In this document: positions 56,015-64,000 of the stretch, in pieces
How positions within the stretch are numbered: position 1 is the first letter of the stretch
Layout of the letters: each line of letters opens with the position of its first letter
From: Clostridia bacterium
Lineage (GTDB): Bacteria > Bacillota > Clostridia > Oscillospirales > CAG-272
Direction: 5' to 3'
DNA length: 64,000 nt
Assembly: GCA_024405755.1 (NCBI GenBank)
Contig: JAKSOD010000004.1
Location: 991-64,990 of the forward strand
Program-made: the position numbers and the translations under genes
The notes under the pieces: generated by a model
What the model saw: only the letters and a program-made list of their open reading frames with translations
Told to the model about the DNA's origin: nothing
Databases searched by the model: none

Positions 56015-58279
56015 ATGAAAAAAGACGTAAAAAGCACAATTTCATATCAGAAATCCGTCGGATTCCGGCTGCGCCTTCGTCAGGCAGTCTGCTTTATTTT
56101 GTGCATTTGTTTTGCTCTCGGAACGGTTCCGGCGGCAAAGGCAGTAACGATACCGACGGAGCAGAGCACCGTATCGCAGATAATGTCAACGTACTCGGCA
56201 AGCCTGAAAAGATCCGGAAGACGATCCTTTGACGGATACTGCGCTTCTTATGTCAACAACCAGCTTGTTGTTCTCGGAGTGAACAAATCCCTGATCGGAG
56301 GAAACGGTAAGGATGAATTTGATATATATAAAAATATGAAGACCACTTCGGGCGGATATACAGTCCACGCATATTCCGCGGCATCTTATGATATCCGTTC
56401 TGCCCTTACGGTCATTACATCCACATGCAATGTTGTCACCAATGTTCTTGTCGGTTTTGAACGCACGGCGACAAGATCCGGCTCCGTTTACGGTCACGTT
56501 TTTCTGATACACGCAATAATCGACGGATATATTTATTATTCCGAAAGTTTCAGCGTTACCGTCGGCGGTGTGACTTATGCCGAAGGAGTTCCGATCAAAT
56601 GTACCATTGACCAACTTGCAGCAAAATATAATACAAGCTTTTATCAGTTTGAGGGGATAATCTGGTTTGAAGACGAAGACCTCACTATTGCGTGCATAGG
56701 CGGAGGGGATCCGACACCGACTCCGCCCGATCCTCCCGATACACCGGACGATCCCACGCCCGAAGTCCCGGTACCCGGAAGATATCAGATAAATGCGTCC
56801 GGCGGACTTCGTGTCCGTGCGGGAACCTCAACTTCGACGGATAAGATAGCACTTTTGCCTGACAGATCAATTGTGACCGTTACCGAGGTTTCCTCCAACG
56901 GCTGGGGAAGAGTATTTGTTGACGGTAAAGAAGGTTGGATCAGCCTCGCTTTTGCCAAGAGGCTGGAAAACCTTGTTGCCGTGATGGAAGTGTATAACTC
57001 GTCTGGTACGCAGATAAGCCGAACGGCTTATTCAAACCTGACAGAAGCGGTCTCAAAGACAACGGAGGATGCGTTCACATATATTATCACACTGAACGCC
57101 GACTGTGTGCTTACGGGTGACACCGTCATAGGCAACAAGACTTCCGTAATAAATGAAGGATACAAACTTGATACCGCGGGTCATATGCTTGATATAAACG
57201 GCGGAAAGGTAACGTCAACCGCCAAAATTTCTGCCCTTGATTCAATTCCATTCGTTACCTGCACCAAAAACGGGAACGAATACGTTTATACTTCCACAGT
57301 TAATATCGAAATCAACAGCGCATATCTGTCGGTTAACGATAATGTGTCGCTTTGCTTCAAAGCAAAAGTCAGCGGAGTCGATACCGGCAAGAATACTGAT
57401 GCTGCAATAATTGTAACCACCGAAGACGGAAAAGTCAGCGAGTATCCGTCAACTTCCTATTCCGGCGGAGTATACAGTTTCACCACCGGGGGGATCTCTG
57501 CGAAGCGTATGGCAGATCAAATCAGCGCGAAGGTCAGAGTCCGTACCACCGTGAACGGGATGGTTTACGAGCGTACAGGTACTCCCATTGAGTATTCTCC
57601 GGTTCAGTATGTTGACAGTATGTACGGCAGCAGTGCGAGCAATGCACAACTTGATTCCATGCTTGCGTCAATGCTGAACTACGGAGCGGCGGCACAGAAA
57701 TACTTTGATTATAACCCTCAGGATTCCGCCAACTGTCTTCTGGGAGATGCAGTACGGAACCTAAGTTGGGACAGCGGCGCGGTCGTCAGATCGGAATTTG
57801 CTCCTGCGGCAGACAGCAACAGCAGTGTAAAAGTCGGATCTGTTCAGTTGGTTTTCCTTGATACCGTGGCTCTCCGATTCAGAATCAGCGGAAGTGCGAA
57901 AGACAGTCAGTTGAAACTCCTCGTATGGACTGCGGGGGAATATGAAGCACTTGCAGCAGAAGCGGCAAAGAGCGGAAAGAATATTTCGGAACTGATGGTC
58001 AGCGGCAACTGTAAAAAAGCACTGTCCTGCTCCGGTGGTACTTTCACTCTTGACGGGATTACTTCAAAACAGTATGCAGATACCTATTATGTAAGACTCT
58101 GTGAGACTTCCGGCGGCAAAACCCTGTATGATAATGTCATAGCATACAGCGTTACGGAATACTGTTATTACAAACTCCACGACGGTGTCAACGAGGATAT
58201 GGACGAGTTGTGCCAGGCTATTGCGGAGTATTCAGCCGCTGCGAGAAAGTATTTCGGATACAAAGTCAACGGGGGCTGA
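56015..58279 (+). CDS. Secreted 754-aa protein: tentative CHAP/papain-like Cys-His domain, Pro-rich linker, SH3b domain, large unknown C-terminal region
   Basis: The signal peptide is ...ALGTVPAAKA. DGYCASYV and YGHVFLIHAI resemble a CHAP Cys/His pair. The linker is PTPTPPDPPDTPDDPTPEVPVPG. The SH3b segment is YQINASGGLRVRAGTSTSTDKIALLPDRSIVTVTEVSSNGWGRVFVDGKEGWI. Confidence 0.6.
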   Translation: MKKDVKSTISYQKSVGFRLRLRQAVCFILCICFALGTVPAAKAVTIPTEQSTVSQIMSTYSASLKRSGRRSFDGYCASYVNNQLVVLGVNKSLIGGNGKDEFDIYKNMKTTSGGYTVHAYSAASYDIRSALTVITSTCNVVTNVLVGFERTATRSGSVYGHVFLIHAIIDGYIYYSESFSVTVGGVTYAEGVPIKCTIDQLAAKYNTSFYQFEGIIWFEDEDLTIACIGGGDPTPTPPDPPDTPDDPTPEVPVPGRYQINASGGLRVRAGTSTSTDKIALLPDRSIVTVTEVSSNGWGRVFVDGKEGWISLAFAKRLENLVAVMEVYNSSGTQISRTAYSNLTEAVSKTTEDAFTYIITLNADCVLTGDTVIGNKTSVINEGYKLDTAGHMLDINGGKVTSTAKISALDSIPFVTCTKNGNEYVYTSTVNIEINSAYLSVNDNVSLCFKAKVSGVDTGKNTDAAIIVTTEDGKVSEYPSTSYSGGVYSFTTGGISAKRMADQISAKVRVRTTVNGMVYERTGTPIEYSPVQYVDSMYGSSASNAQLDSMLASMLNYGAAAQKYFDYNPQDSANCLLGDAVRNLSWDSGAVVRSEFAPAADSNSSVKVGSVQLVFLDTVALRFRISGSAKDSQLKLLVWTAGEYEALAAEAAKSGKNISELMVSGNCKKALSCSGGTFTLDGITSKQYADTYYVRLCETSGGKTLYDNVIAYSVTEYCYYKLHDGVNEDMDELCQAIAEYSAAARKYFGYKVNGG

Positions 58280-58335
58280 GTTATGATAAAAAACGAAAAA
58301 ATGCTCATTTTTTTGATATAAATCGTCAAATATTG

Positions 58336-58363
58336 TTGCAATTTTCAAAAAATATGCTATAAT
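58336..58363 (+). promoter_or_regulatory. Sigma-A-type promoter for the yegP-like gene
   Basis: TTGCAA at 58336-58341 is followed by a 16-nt spacer and TATAAT at 58358-58363. Confidence 0.6.
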
Positions 58364-58408
58364 TATTATAGTCCCTTATTACACCTCAATAAAAAAAGGA
58401 GATTAACC

Positions 58409-58780
58409 ATGGGAAAATTTGCTGTTAAAGCCGTTAAGACCGGCATCAAGTTCAATCTTAAAGCCGGCAATGGTGAAATTATCGCCACTTCCGAGATTTA
58501 TTCTTCCAAGGACGCTATGGACAACGGTATTGCTTCTGTCAGAAAGAATGCTCCTATCGCAAATCTTGAAGATCAGACCGTTGAAGGTTTTGCCACCGCC
58601 AAGAACCCGAAGTTTGAAGTATACACCGACAAGGCCGGTGAATTCCGTTTCAGACTGAAAGCAAGAAACGGTCAGATCATTGCCGTTTCCGAAGGTTACA
58701 AGACCAAGACCAGCTGCCTTAACGGCATTGAGTCTGTTCGCAAGAATGCTCCCGAGGCTGAAGTTATTACCGAAGAATAA
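58409..58780 (+). CDS. YegP-family protein (tandem DUF1508 / UPF0339 repeats)
   Basis: It has two repeats of the pattern F.LKA.NG..IA.SE.Y.....C.NGI.SV+KNAP. Confidence 0.85.
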   Translation: MGKFAVKAVKTGIKFNLKAGNGEIIATSEIYSSKDAMDNGIASVRKNAPIANLEDQTVEGFATAKNPKFEVYTDKAGEFRFRLKARNGQIIAVSEGYKTKTSCLNGIESVRKNAPEAEVITEE

Positions 58781-58798
58781 TTTCTTGATTTAATGCAA

Positions 58799-58841
58799 GA
58801 ATATCCGCGGAGACGCATAGTTCGCATCTCCGCGGATATTC
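58799..58841. terminator. Bidirectional terminator between the yegP-like gene and the convergent EamA gene
   Basis: gaatatccgcggagacgca-tagtt-cgcatctccgcggatattc is flanked by T-runs. Confidence 0.8.
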
Positions 58842-58842
58842 T

Positions 58843-59763
58843 CTATTTTTTTAGTTTTTTCAGCCAATCGGTAACGGGAAGCTGAGCCATCAGTACTGCT
58901 GCAAAAACCAGAACGCAGCCGCAGAGTTCTTTGGCGGAAAGAACGGTGTGAGGCGGAAGGATCCAACCCGCGAGGGCGGCAAAGACGGATTCAAGGCTCA
59001 TAAGCAATGTGGCGGACGTGGGGTCACAGTCACGCTGTCCGATAATCTGAAGGGTATATGCAACGCCGCAGGACATGATGCCTGCGTAAAGGATACTGAC
59101 CTTGCCTGCCGCAAGATCGGTCAATGCAGGTTCCTCGAAAAGAAACGCAATAATTAGCATGATCGATCCTGCAACGAAGAACTGAACGCAGGACATAAGG
59201 GTTCCGTTTATGCCTTTTGCTCCGAAATGATCAACGACAATTATATGAACTGAAAAAATCACGGCACAGCAAAGAACAAGCAGATCACCGACGGCGACCG
59301 TAATATCTTCATTGACGCAGAGCAGCCAGAAACCGACTATCGCGACGGCGATACAGACCCACGTGATGGGGGGAATCTTTTTATGTACGAATATACCGAG
59401 AACGGGTACGAGGACAATATAAAGAGCAGTTATGAATCCGGCTTTTCCGGGGGTAGTTCCGACAATGCCGCATTGTTGAAAGGAACTTGCGGCACAAAGA
59501 ACGAGACCGCAGATCACACCTCCGATGACGGAATTGCGTGTAATGCGCTTTTTATCCTCCTTTGACGGGCGGACTTCTGACGGAGTGAGCCGATCAAGAA
59601 GAAATATCACGGGGATAAGAACAATGCCTCCGAGAAGAGTGCGCGCGGCGTTGAAAGTGAACGGGCCCATATGATCCATACCTTCGCTCTGCGCCACGAA
59701 AGCGGTACCCCAGATTATTGCTGTAAGCAGCAGAGTGAGTCTGCCGCGGGTTGTTCTGCTCAT
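58843..59763 (-). CDS. EamA/DMT-superfamily transporter
   Basis: It has ten TM segments and two EamA repeats (IIWGTAFVAQ...). The ATG at 59763 (MSRTTRG) lies downstream of the consensus promoter. Confidence 0.85.
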   Translation of the reverse strand: MSRTTRGRLTLLLTAIIWGTAFVAQSEGMDHMGPFTFNAARTLLGGIVLIPVIFLLDRLTPSEVRPSKEDKKRITRNSVIGGVICGLVLCAASSFQQCGIVGTTPGKAGFITALYIVLVPVLGIFVHKKIPPITWVCIAVAIVGFWLLCVNEDITVAVGDLLVLCCAVIFSVHIIVVDHFGAKGINGTLMSCVQFFVAGSIMLIIAFLFEEPALTDLAAGKVSILYAGIMSCGVAYTLQIIGQRDCDPTSATLLMSLESVFAALAGWILPPHTVLSAKELCGCVLVFAAVLMAQLPVTDWLKKLKK

Positions 59764-59794
59764 GAAATACGACCTTTCAAAAGAACTGAATTGC

Positions 59795-59823
59795 ATTATA
59801 TCATAAATCATTTGAAATGTCAA
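59795..59823 (-). promoter_or_regulatory. Consensus sigma-A promoter of the EamA transporter gene
   Basis: On the minus strand, TTGACA lies at 59823-59818, followed by a 17-nt spacer and TATAAT at 59800-59795. Confidence 0.7.
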
Positions 59824-60000
59824 TGAAGACACTTGCTCCGCGCGATAGTGAAGTTGCTCGTTTCACTCGCAATGAAGACGGAACTTCGCGCCTGATGAAG
59901 TGAAGTCGTCCGTTTCTTCCGTTTCCCTTTTTTCATTCCTTCATTAGCAGAAGCGTATTCATTCCTTCATTAGCCCCGCAGGGGCGACTTCATTCAAAAA

Positions 60001-60035
60001 AGTCTCTTTTGTCATACAACAAAAGAGACTTTTTT
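60001..60035. terminator. Intrinsic terminator downstream of tRNA-Tyr
   Basis: agtctcttttgt-cataca-acaaaagagact forms a 12-bp stem. It is flanked by an A-run and a T-run, so it can work in both directions. Confidence 0.85.
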
Positions 60036-60036
60036 G

Positions 60037-60121
60037 TGGTGGGGGATGGTGGATTCGGACCACCGAAGTCAGTGACAACAGATTTACAGTCTGCCCCCTT
60101 TGGCCGCTCGGGAAATCCCCC
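60037..60121 (-). tRNA. tRNA-Tyr (anticodon GTA), class II with a long variable arm and encoded CCA
   Basis: The reverse complement GGGGGATTTCCCGAGCGGCCAAAGGGGGCAGACTGTAAATCTGTTGTCACTGACTTCGGTGGTCCGAATCCACCATCCCCCACCA is nearly colinear with E. coli tRNA-Tyr. The T-loop reads TCCGAAT rather than TTCGAAT. Confidence 0.9.
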
Positions 60122-60164
60122 ATATTCTATTGAGTCCGCAACCCTCTGTCGGTCTGCGGACTCA

Positions 60165-60239
60165 TGGAGCTGGTGAACGGAGTCGAACCATCAACCTGCT
60201 GATTACAAATCAGCTGCTCTGCCATTGAGCCACACCAGC
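60165..60239 (-). tRNA. tRNA-Thr (anticodon TGT), encoded CCA
   Basis: The reverse complement GCTGGTGTGGCTCAATGGCAGAGCAGCTGATTTGTAATCAGCAGGTTGATGGTTCGACTCCGTTCACCAGCTCCA folds as a canonical cloverleaf. Confidence 0.92.
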
Positions 60240-60270
60240 AAACTCGACGCTTTCCGGTCGGACAAGTGGT

Positions 60271-60299
60271 ATTATATCACAGGCATATGGGTTTGTCAA
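60271..60299 (-). promoter_or_regulatory. Consensus sigma-A promoter of the tRNA-Thr/tRNA-Tyr operon
   Basis: On the minus strand, TTGACA lies at 60299-60294, followed by a 17-nt spacer and TATAAT at 60276-60271. The -10 is about 30 nt upstream of tRNA-Thr. Confidence 0.8.
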
Positions 60300-60375
60300 G
60301 TGTTTTTTTAAACTTTTTTTGTTTTTTTGTCCCGAAAATGATAAATTTATTTCAAGATCAACATCACGAAATCTA

Positions 60376-60404
60376 TTGAAACGCAGTAAATTATATGATA
60401 TAAT
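60376..60404 (+). promoter_or_regulatory. Sigma-A-type promoter of the dut-maf(-mreBC) unit
   Basis: TTGAAA at 60376-60381 is followed by a 17-nt spacer and TATAAT at 60399-60404. Confidence 0.65.
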
Positions 60405-60437
60405 ATACAATACGATATTATACGCTGAGGTGCGGTT

Positions 60438-60884
60438 ATGGAGATAAATGTTAAGATAAAACTAACAAGAGGAGCAAAGACTCCCGAATATGCCACCACG
60501 GACTCGGCTGCCGTGGATCTTCGCGCTGCTCTTGAAGGCGGCACTGTCGTGATCCCCGCCGGAGAACGCAGGATGATCCCCACGGGTATTGCAATTTCCC
60601 CCGAGCGGCGTGATGTTGTGGCTGTTATCGCCGCACGGAGCGGACTCGGATGCAAAAAGGGCATTAATCTTGCCAACGGTATCGGTGTGATCGACGCAGA
60701 TTACCGCGGAGAGATCTCCGTGACACTGTATAATTCTTCTTCAGAGGCGTTTACCGTGAATGACGGTGACCGTATCGCTCAGATGATGTTTCTTCCCGTT
60801 CTGCGCGGCAATTTCTCTGTAACCGATGAACTTGACCGGACCGAACGCGGTACCGGAGGTTTCGGTTCCACGGGGGTAAAATAA
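60438..60884 (+). CDS. dut: dUTP diphosphatase
   Basis: ...YAT..SAAVDL.A......I.PGE...IPTG......ARSGL......L.N..GVIDADYRGE......N........GDRIAQ......R..GGFGSTG are the trimeric dUTPase motifs. Confidence 0.93.
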   Translation: MEINVKIKLTRGAKTPEYATTDSAAVDLRAALEGGTVVIPAGERRMIPTGIAISPERRDVVAVIAARSGLGCKKGINLANGIGVIDADYRGEISVTLYNSSSEAFTVNDGDRIAQMMFLPVLRGNFSVTDELDRTERGTGGFGSTGVK

Positions 60885-60885
60885 A

Positions 60886-61479
60886 ATGAAACTCATACTT
60901 GCTTCCGGATCTCCGCGCCGCCGTGAGATCCTGTCAAACGCCGGAATTAAATTCACCGTTGTTACATCAGATGCAGACGAAACTCTGCCGGATGGGATAG
61001 AGGCAGTTGATGCAGTCAAACTCCTTGCCGAGCGCAAGGCGCGGGCGACAGCGGCGGCGCATCCCGAACTTGCAGGTGAGGAATATGTCATTCTTGCCGC
61101 CGACACGGTCGTTGAAAATTTCGGGGAAATACTGGGCAAACCCGCAGATAAAGACGATGCGCGCCGTATGGTGACAATGCTCTCCGGCTACGGTCATTCG
61201 GCACACACGGGGATTTGTCTGCTTTACAACGGTAATGCCGTCACGTCCTCGGAGACGACGTATGTGACTTTTGACGATATGACTCCGGAGGAGATCGAGG
61301 AATACGTATCATCAGGCGAGCCTTACGACAAAGCGGGGGCATATGCCATTCAGGGTAAGGCCTCGCTTTACATCGCCGGTATAACGGGTGATTTTTTCAA
61401 TGTAATGGGATTGCCGATCCATGCCGTGAACGTACTTCTTCGCGACAGTTTCGGCATGCGGCTTACTGATTTTGACTGA
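60886..61479 (+). CDS. maf: Maf-family nucleoside-triphosphate pyrophosphatase
   Basis: LILASGSPRRREIL...ILAADTVV...GKP.....A..ML..LSG..H.V.TG......Y......KAGAYAIQG. Confidence 0.92.
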   Translation: MKLILASGSPRRREILSNAGIKFTVVTSDADETLPDGIEAVDAVKLLAERKARATAAAHPELAGEEYVILAADTVVENFGEILGKPADKDDARRMVTMLSGYGHSAHTGICLLYNGNAVTSSETTYVTFDDMTPEEIEEYVSSGEPYDKAGAYAIQGKASLYIAGITGDFFNVMGLPIHAVNVLLRDSFGMRLTDFD

Positions 61480-61583
61480 GTTATTTGATTTGTCCGCTGA
61501 TGCAGACGGAATTAATATATTTTTTTGAAATAATACGTTCCTGCCGGATTTTTGGCAGATGAATGTCTGAACAGGAGACTGTG

Positions 61584-62588
61584 ATGTCCAAACATATAGG
61601 AATTGATCTTGGCACCTCAAACACGCGCATATATATGAAGGGCAAGGGTATAGTCCTGCGGGAGCCGTCGGTTGTCGCGGTGGATCAGATGCACAAAAGA
61701 GTTGTTGCCGTTGGCGCAGATGCCAAGAGAATGATAGGAAAAACGCCCGGAAACATTATGGCGAGCTACCCTATGAAGGAAGGCGTTATTGCAAATATTG
61801 ACGAAACGGGCAGAATGCTGCGTTCATATCTCGGCAAAGTATCGGCAGGCGGGATACTGTCACGTCCCACAGTGATCATCTGCACTCCATACGGAGTGAC
61901 GGAAGTGGAACGCCGTGCAGTGGAAGACTCTGCATTTGAGGCAGGAGCAAAAAATGTTGCTCTAATTGAAGAGCCGCTTGCCGCGGCGATAGGCTCCGGA
62001 CTGAAAACCTCGGGAGCACGCGGATGCATGATCGTGAATATCGGCGGAGGTATCACCGAAGTTGCCGTTATCAGTCTCGGCGGTATAGTGAAATCCACTT
62101 CGGTACGTGAGGGAGGAGCGAGTCTTGACGAAGCGATTGTGCAGTATATGAAGCGGGAATACAAAGTTCTCGTAGGAGACGGGACCGCAGAAGCTTTGAA
62201 AAAGAATATCGGATCTGTGCATCAGAGTATGGACAGAGGAGAAATGGAGATCCGCGGGAGAAGCCTGCGCACGGGACTGCCTGCGATAATGACGTTGAAT
62301 TCCGCACAGATCAGGCAGGCTCTCGGGGAACAGTCGAAAAAGATAGTCGGTGCGATCTGTCAGACTCTTGAAAACACACCCCCTGAACTGTCGGCTGATA
62401 TTTTTGATTTCGGAATAATGCTTGCAGGCGGCGGCGCGCTGCTCGGCGGACTTCCGGAACTTATCACAAAGGAGACGGGAGTGCGTGTTACAGTGGCTAA
62501 AAAGCCTCTTGACAGTGTGATACTCGGTATCGGTCGGATTATTGAAGCAAGCGACAACGACGATATCGTCAGATACCGGGCAAGATAA
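61584..62588 (+). CDS. mreB: Rod-shape-determining protein MreB
   Basis: IGIDLGTSNTRIY..GKGIVL.EPSVVA...P...GVIA....T..ML......EP.AAAIG...........VNIGGG.TEVAVISLGG. The ATG at 61584 lies 7 nt after GGAG. Confidence 0.95.
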   Translation: MSKHIGIDLGTSNTRIYMKGKGIVLREPSVVAVDQMHKRVVAVGADAKRMIGKTPGNIMASYPMKEGVIANIDETGRMLRSYLGKVSAGGILSRPTVIICTPYGVTEVERRAVEDSAFEAGAKNVALIEEPLAAAIGSGLKTSGARGCMIVNIGGGITEVAVISLGGIVKSTSVREGGASLDEAIVQYMKREYKVLVGDGTAEALKKNIGSVHQSMDRGEMEIRGRSLRTGLPAIMTLNSAQIRQALGEQSKKIVGAICQTLENTPPELSADIFDFGIMLAGGGALLGGLPELITKETGVRVTVAKKPLDSVILGIGRIIEASDNDDIVRYRAR

Positions 62589-62677
62589 CGGATAACGTAT
62601 AACGGGATCGAAAACAGCTGCGGCTGACGCAGAATCTTTTGCTTTTTACGGCTGAAATGCCGCAGGGAGGCGGAAAC

Positions 62678-63526
62678 TTGGGAACGATCATAAAATTATT
62701 CAAGAGCAGATTCTTTATAATTGCTCTTTGCACAGCACTTCTTTTGTCCATAATTCCCACTGTACTGTGCATAATGGGGCAGGGAGATTATGTCCGTTCG
62801 GCAATTCAAACGGCGGCTACTCCGTTTCAGTGGTGTTTCACAAAGATAGGAGAGGGACTCGGAGGATATTCCGTTTATTTCCGGTCATTGTCCGATCTGC
62901 GTGAGGAAAACGAAAAACTTCGTGAAGAACTCAGAAATTCTCAGGATAAGGTCTATGATGCAGAACTCATCCTTGAACAGAATGAATATCTTCGCTCGTA
63001 TCTCGGAGTAAAGGCGGAGCACAGCGATTTCAGTTTTGAGGAAGCAACCGTGATCGGCAGGGAATCCACCAACTACCGCACCGTTTACACTCTGTCAAGG
63101 GGAACTATGCACGGTGTGGAAGTCAATATGCCAGTTATTACCGAGGACGGACTTGTAGGTTACGTCACAGAGACCGGCGCCACGTGGTGCCGTGCGGTAT
63201 CGCTTGTTGAAACGGCGTCGGCTGTCGGAGCATACGTTGAGCGTTCCGGTGTTCTCGGAGTTGTTGAAGGAACTTACGAACTGCGCTTTGACGGACTGTG
63301 CCGGATGATATATATCGAGCCGGACTCGGATATACGAGAGGGCGATCGTATCCTTACCTCGGGCGTGGGGAGTATTTACCCGCGCGGACTGTGTGTCGGG
63401 ACGGTTTCCCGTGTTGATGCGGATCCCGCAACGAGGACGCTTGCGGCAACGATAGTACCTGATGTTGATTTTTCCGATATTTCAAAGGTAATGATAATTA
63501 CGGACTATAAAGTATTCACTGAATAA
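62678..63526 (+). CDS. mreC: Rod-shape-determining protein MreC
   Basis: A TM segment and a coiled-coil (LREENEKLREELRNSQ) are followed by the beta-barrel core ...PVITEDGLVGYVTE......V.L........GA.V.R......G.....L.TSG.GSIYPRGL.VG.V. The TTG at 62678 lies 7 nt after GGGAGG. An alternative ATG is at 62657. Confidence 0.85.
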   Translation: MGTIIKLFKSRFFIIALCTALLLSIIPTVLCIMGQGDYVRSAIQTAATPFQWCFTKIGEGLGGYSVYFRSLSDLREENEKLREELRNSQDKVYDAELILEQNEYLRSYLGVKAEHSDFSFEEATVIGRESTNYRTVYTLSRGTMHGVEVNMPVITEDGLVGYVTETGATWCRAVSLVETASAVGAYVERSGVLGVVEGTYELRFDGLCRMIYIEPDSDIREGDRILTSGVGSIYPRGLCVGTVSRVDADPATRTLAATIVPDVDFSDISKVMIITDYKVFTE

Positions 63527-63564
63527 TTCTTCTGTGTCAAAGCTGAAGAATTAAAGGAGAAAAA

Positions 63565-64000
63565 ATGAAGAATGTTGCAATGATCGGCTTCGGCGGGATC
63601 GCCCAAAGCCACAAAAACGCTCATCTGAAATTTGAATCTGAGGGACGTGAACGGCTGGTTGCCGTATGTGATATTACACCGGAACAGTTCAAAAAGCGAA
63701 TAAAGATCAATATTGACACGGGAGAGGAAACTCTCGGAGGCAGTTTTCACGTTTATTACGATCTTGAACAGATGCTTTCAAACGAGAAGATAGACCTGAT
63801 TGATATCTGTATTCCGTCATATCTTCACGCAGATACTGCGATTTCCATGCTGGAGAGAGGGTACGACGTTCTGTCGGAAAAACCCATGGCTATGAATAGT
63901 GCAGATTGTGAGCGTATGATGGCGGCTGCGAGACGAACGGGGAAGCATCTGATGATCGGTCAGTGCCTGAGATTTTACGGTGAGTACGAGTATCTCAAAG
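63565..64000 (+). CDS. Gfo/Idh/MocA-family oxidoreductase (5' part; runs off the window)
   Basis: MKNVAMIGFGGIAQSH is an N-terminal Rossmann motif, followed by ...DLIDICIPSYLHAD......G..VLSEKPMA. An AAAGGAG RBS is present. There is no stop before position 64000. Confidence 0.8.
   Translation, partial: MKNVAMIGFGGIAQSHKNAHLKFESEGRERLVAVCDITPEQFKKRIKINIDTGEETLGGSFHVYYDLEQMLSNEKIDLIDICIPSYLHADTAISMLERGYDVLSEKPMAMNSADCERMMAAARRTGKHLMIGQCLRFYGEYEYLK

Noticed and set aside
50408-60036. A tRNA-adjacent island (surface proteins, sigK, yegP, EamA) downstream of tRNA-Tyr
   Set aside because: There is no integrase, no direct repeat of the tRNA 3' end, and no compositional break. sigK is a core sporulation gene.

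Overview
This 64-kb window looks like ordinary chromosome from a spore-forming Firmicute. A Clostridia or Oscillospiraceae-like origin is an inference from sigK, spoVAD/spoVAE, gene order and mid-range GC, not a database result. I call about 58 protein genes and 2 tRNAs.

Housekeeping blocks:
- typA.
- A capsule/cell-wall glycopolymer block: two LCP ligases, a CapD-like dehydratase, a CpsC/CpsD tyrosine-kinase pair, and rfbB-rfbD-rfbC.
- tcdA, two NUDIX genes, an MFS-GDPD pair, murQ, dapA, queA and miaA.
- The conserved division cluster yggS-sepF-yggT-divIVA-ileS-lspA-rluD.
- hom, and groES-groEL behind a CIRCE operator.
- spoVAD-spoVAE and a pro-sigma-K-like sigma factor.
- tRNA-Thr and tRNA-Tyr, then dut-maf-mreB-mreC.

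Items that stand out:
1. A family of near-identical MITE-like palindromic elements sits directly after the stop codons of ileS, groEL and queA. One copy carries a second element nested inside it.
2. A roughly 200-bp multi-hairpin element occurs twice in inverted orientation, 14.4 kb apart. It shows compensatory stem changes and ends in a sequence-conserved terminator hairpin that recurs at five sites.
3. An AT-rich DUF4160 / DUF2442-HTH two-gene cassette lies behind a consensus promoter whose spacer is a perfect 20-bp palindrome. An unrecognisable 353-aa protein follows it.
4. A stand-alone phage tail-fibre / XkdX / M23-lysin cassette has no other phage genes around it.
5. An array of (A)ATGAAG heptamers lies upstream of an EamA transporter gene.

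No CRISPR array, transposase, integrase or recognisable defence gene was seen. All functional calls come from motif recognition in the supplied translations, and none has been checked against a database.
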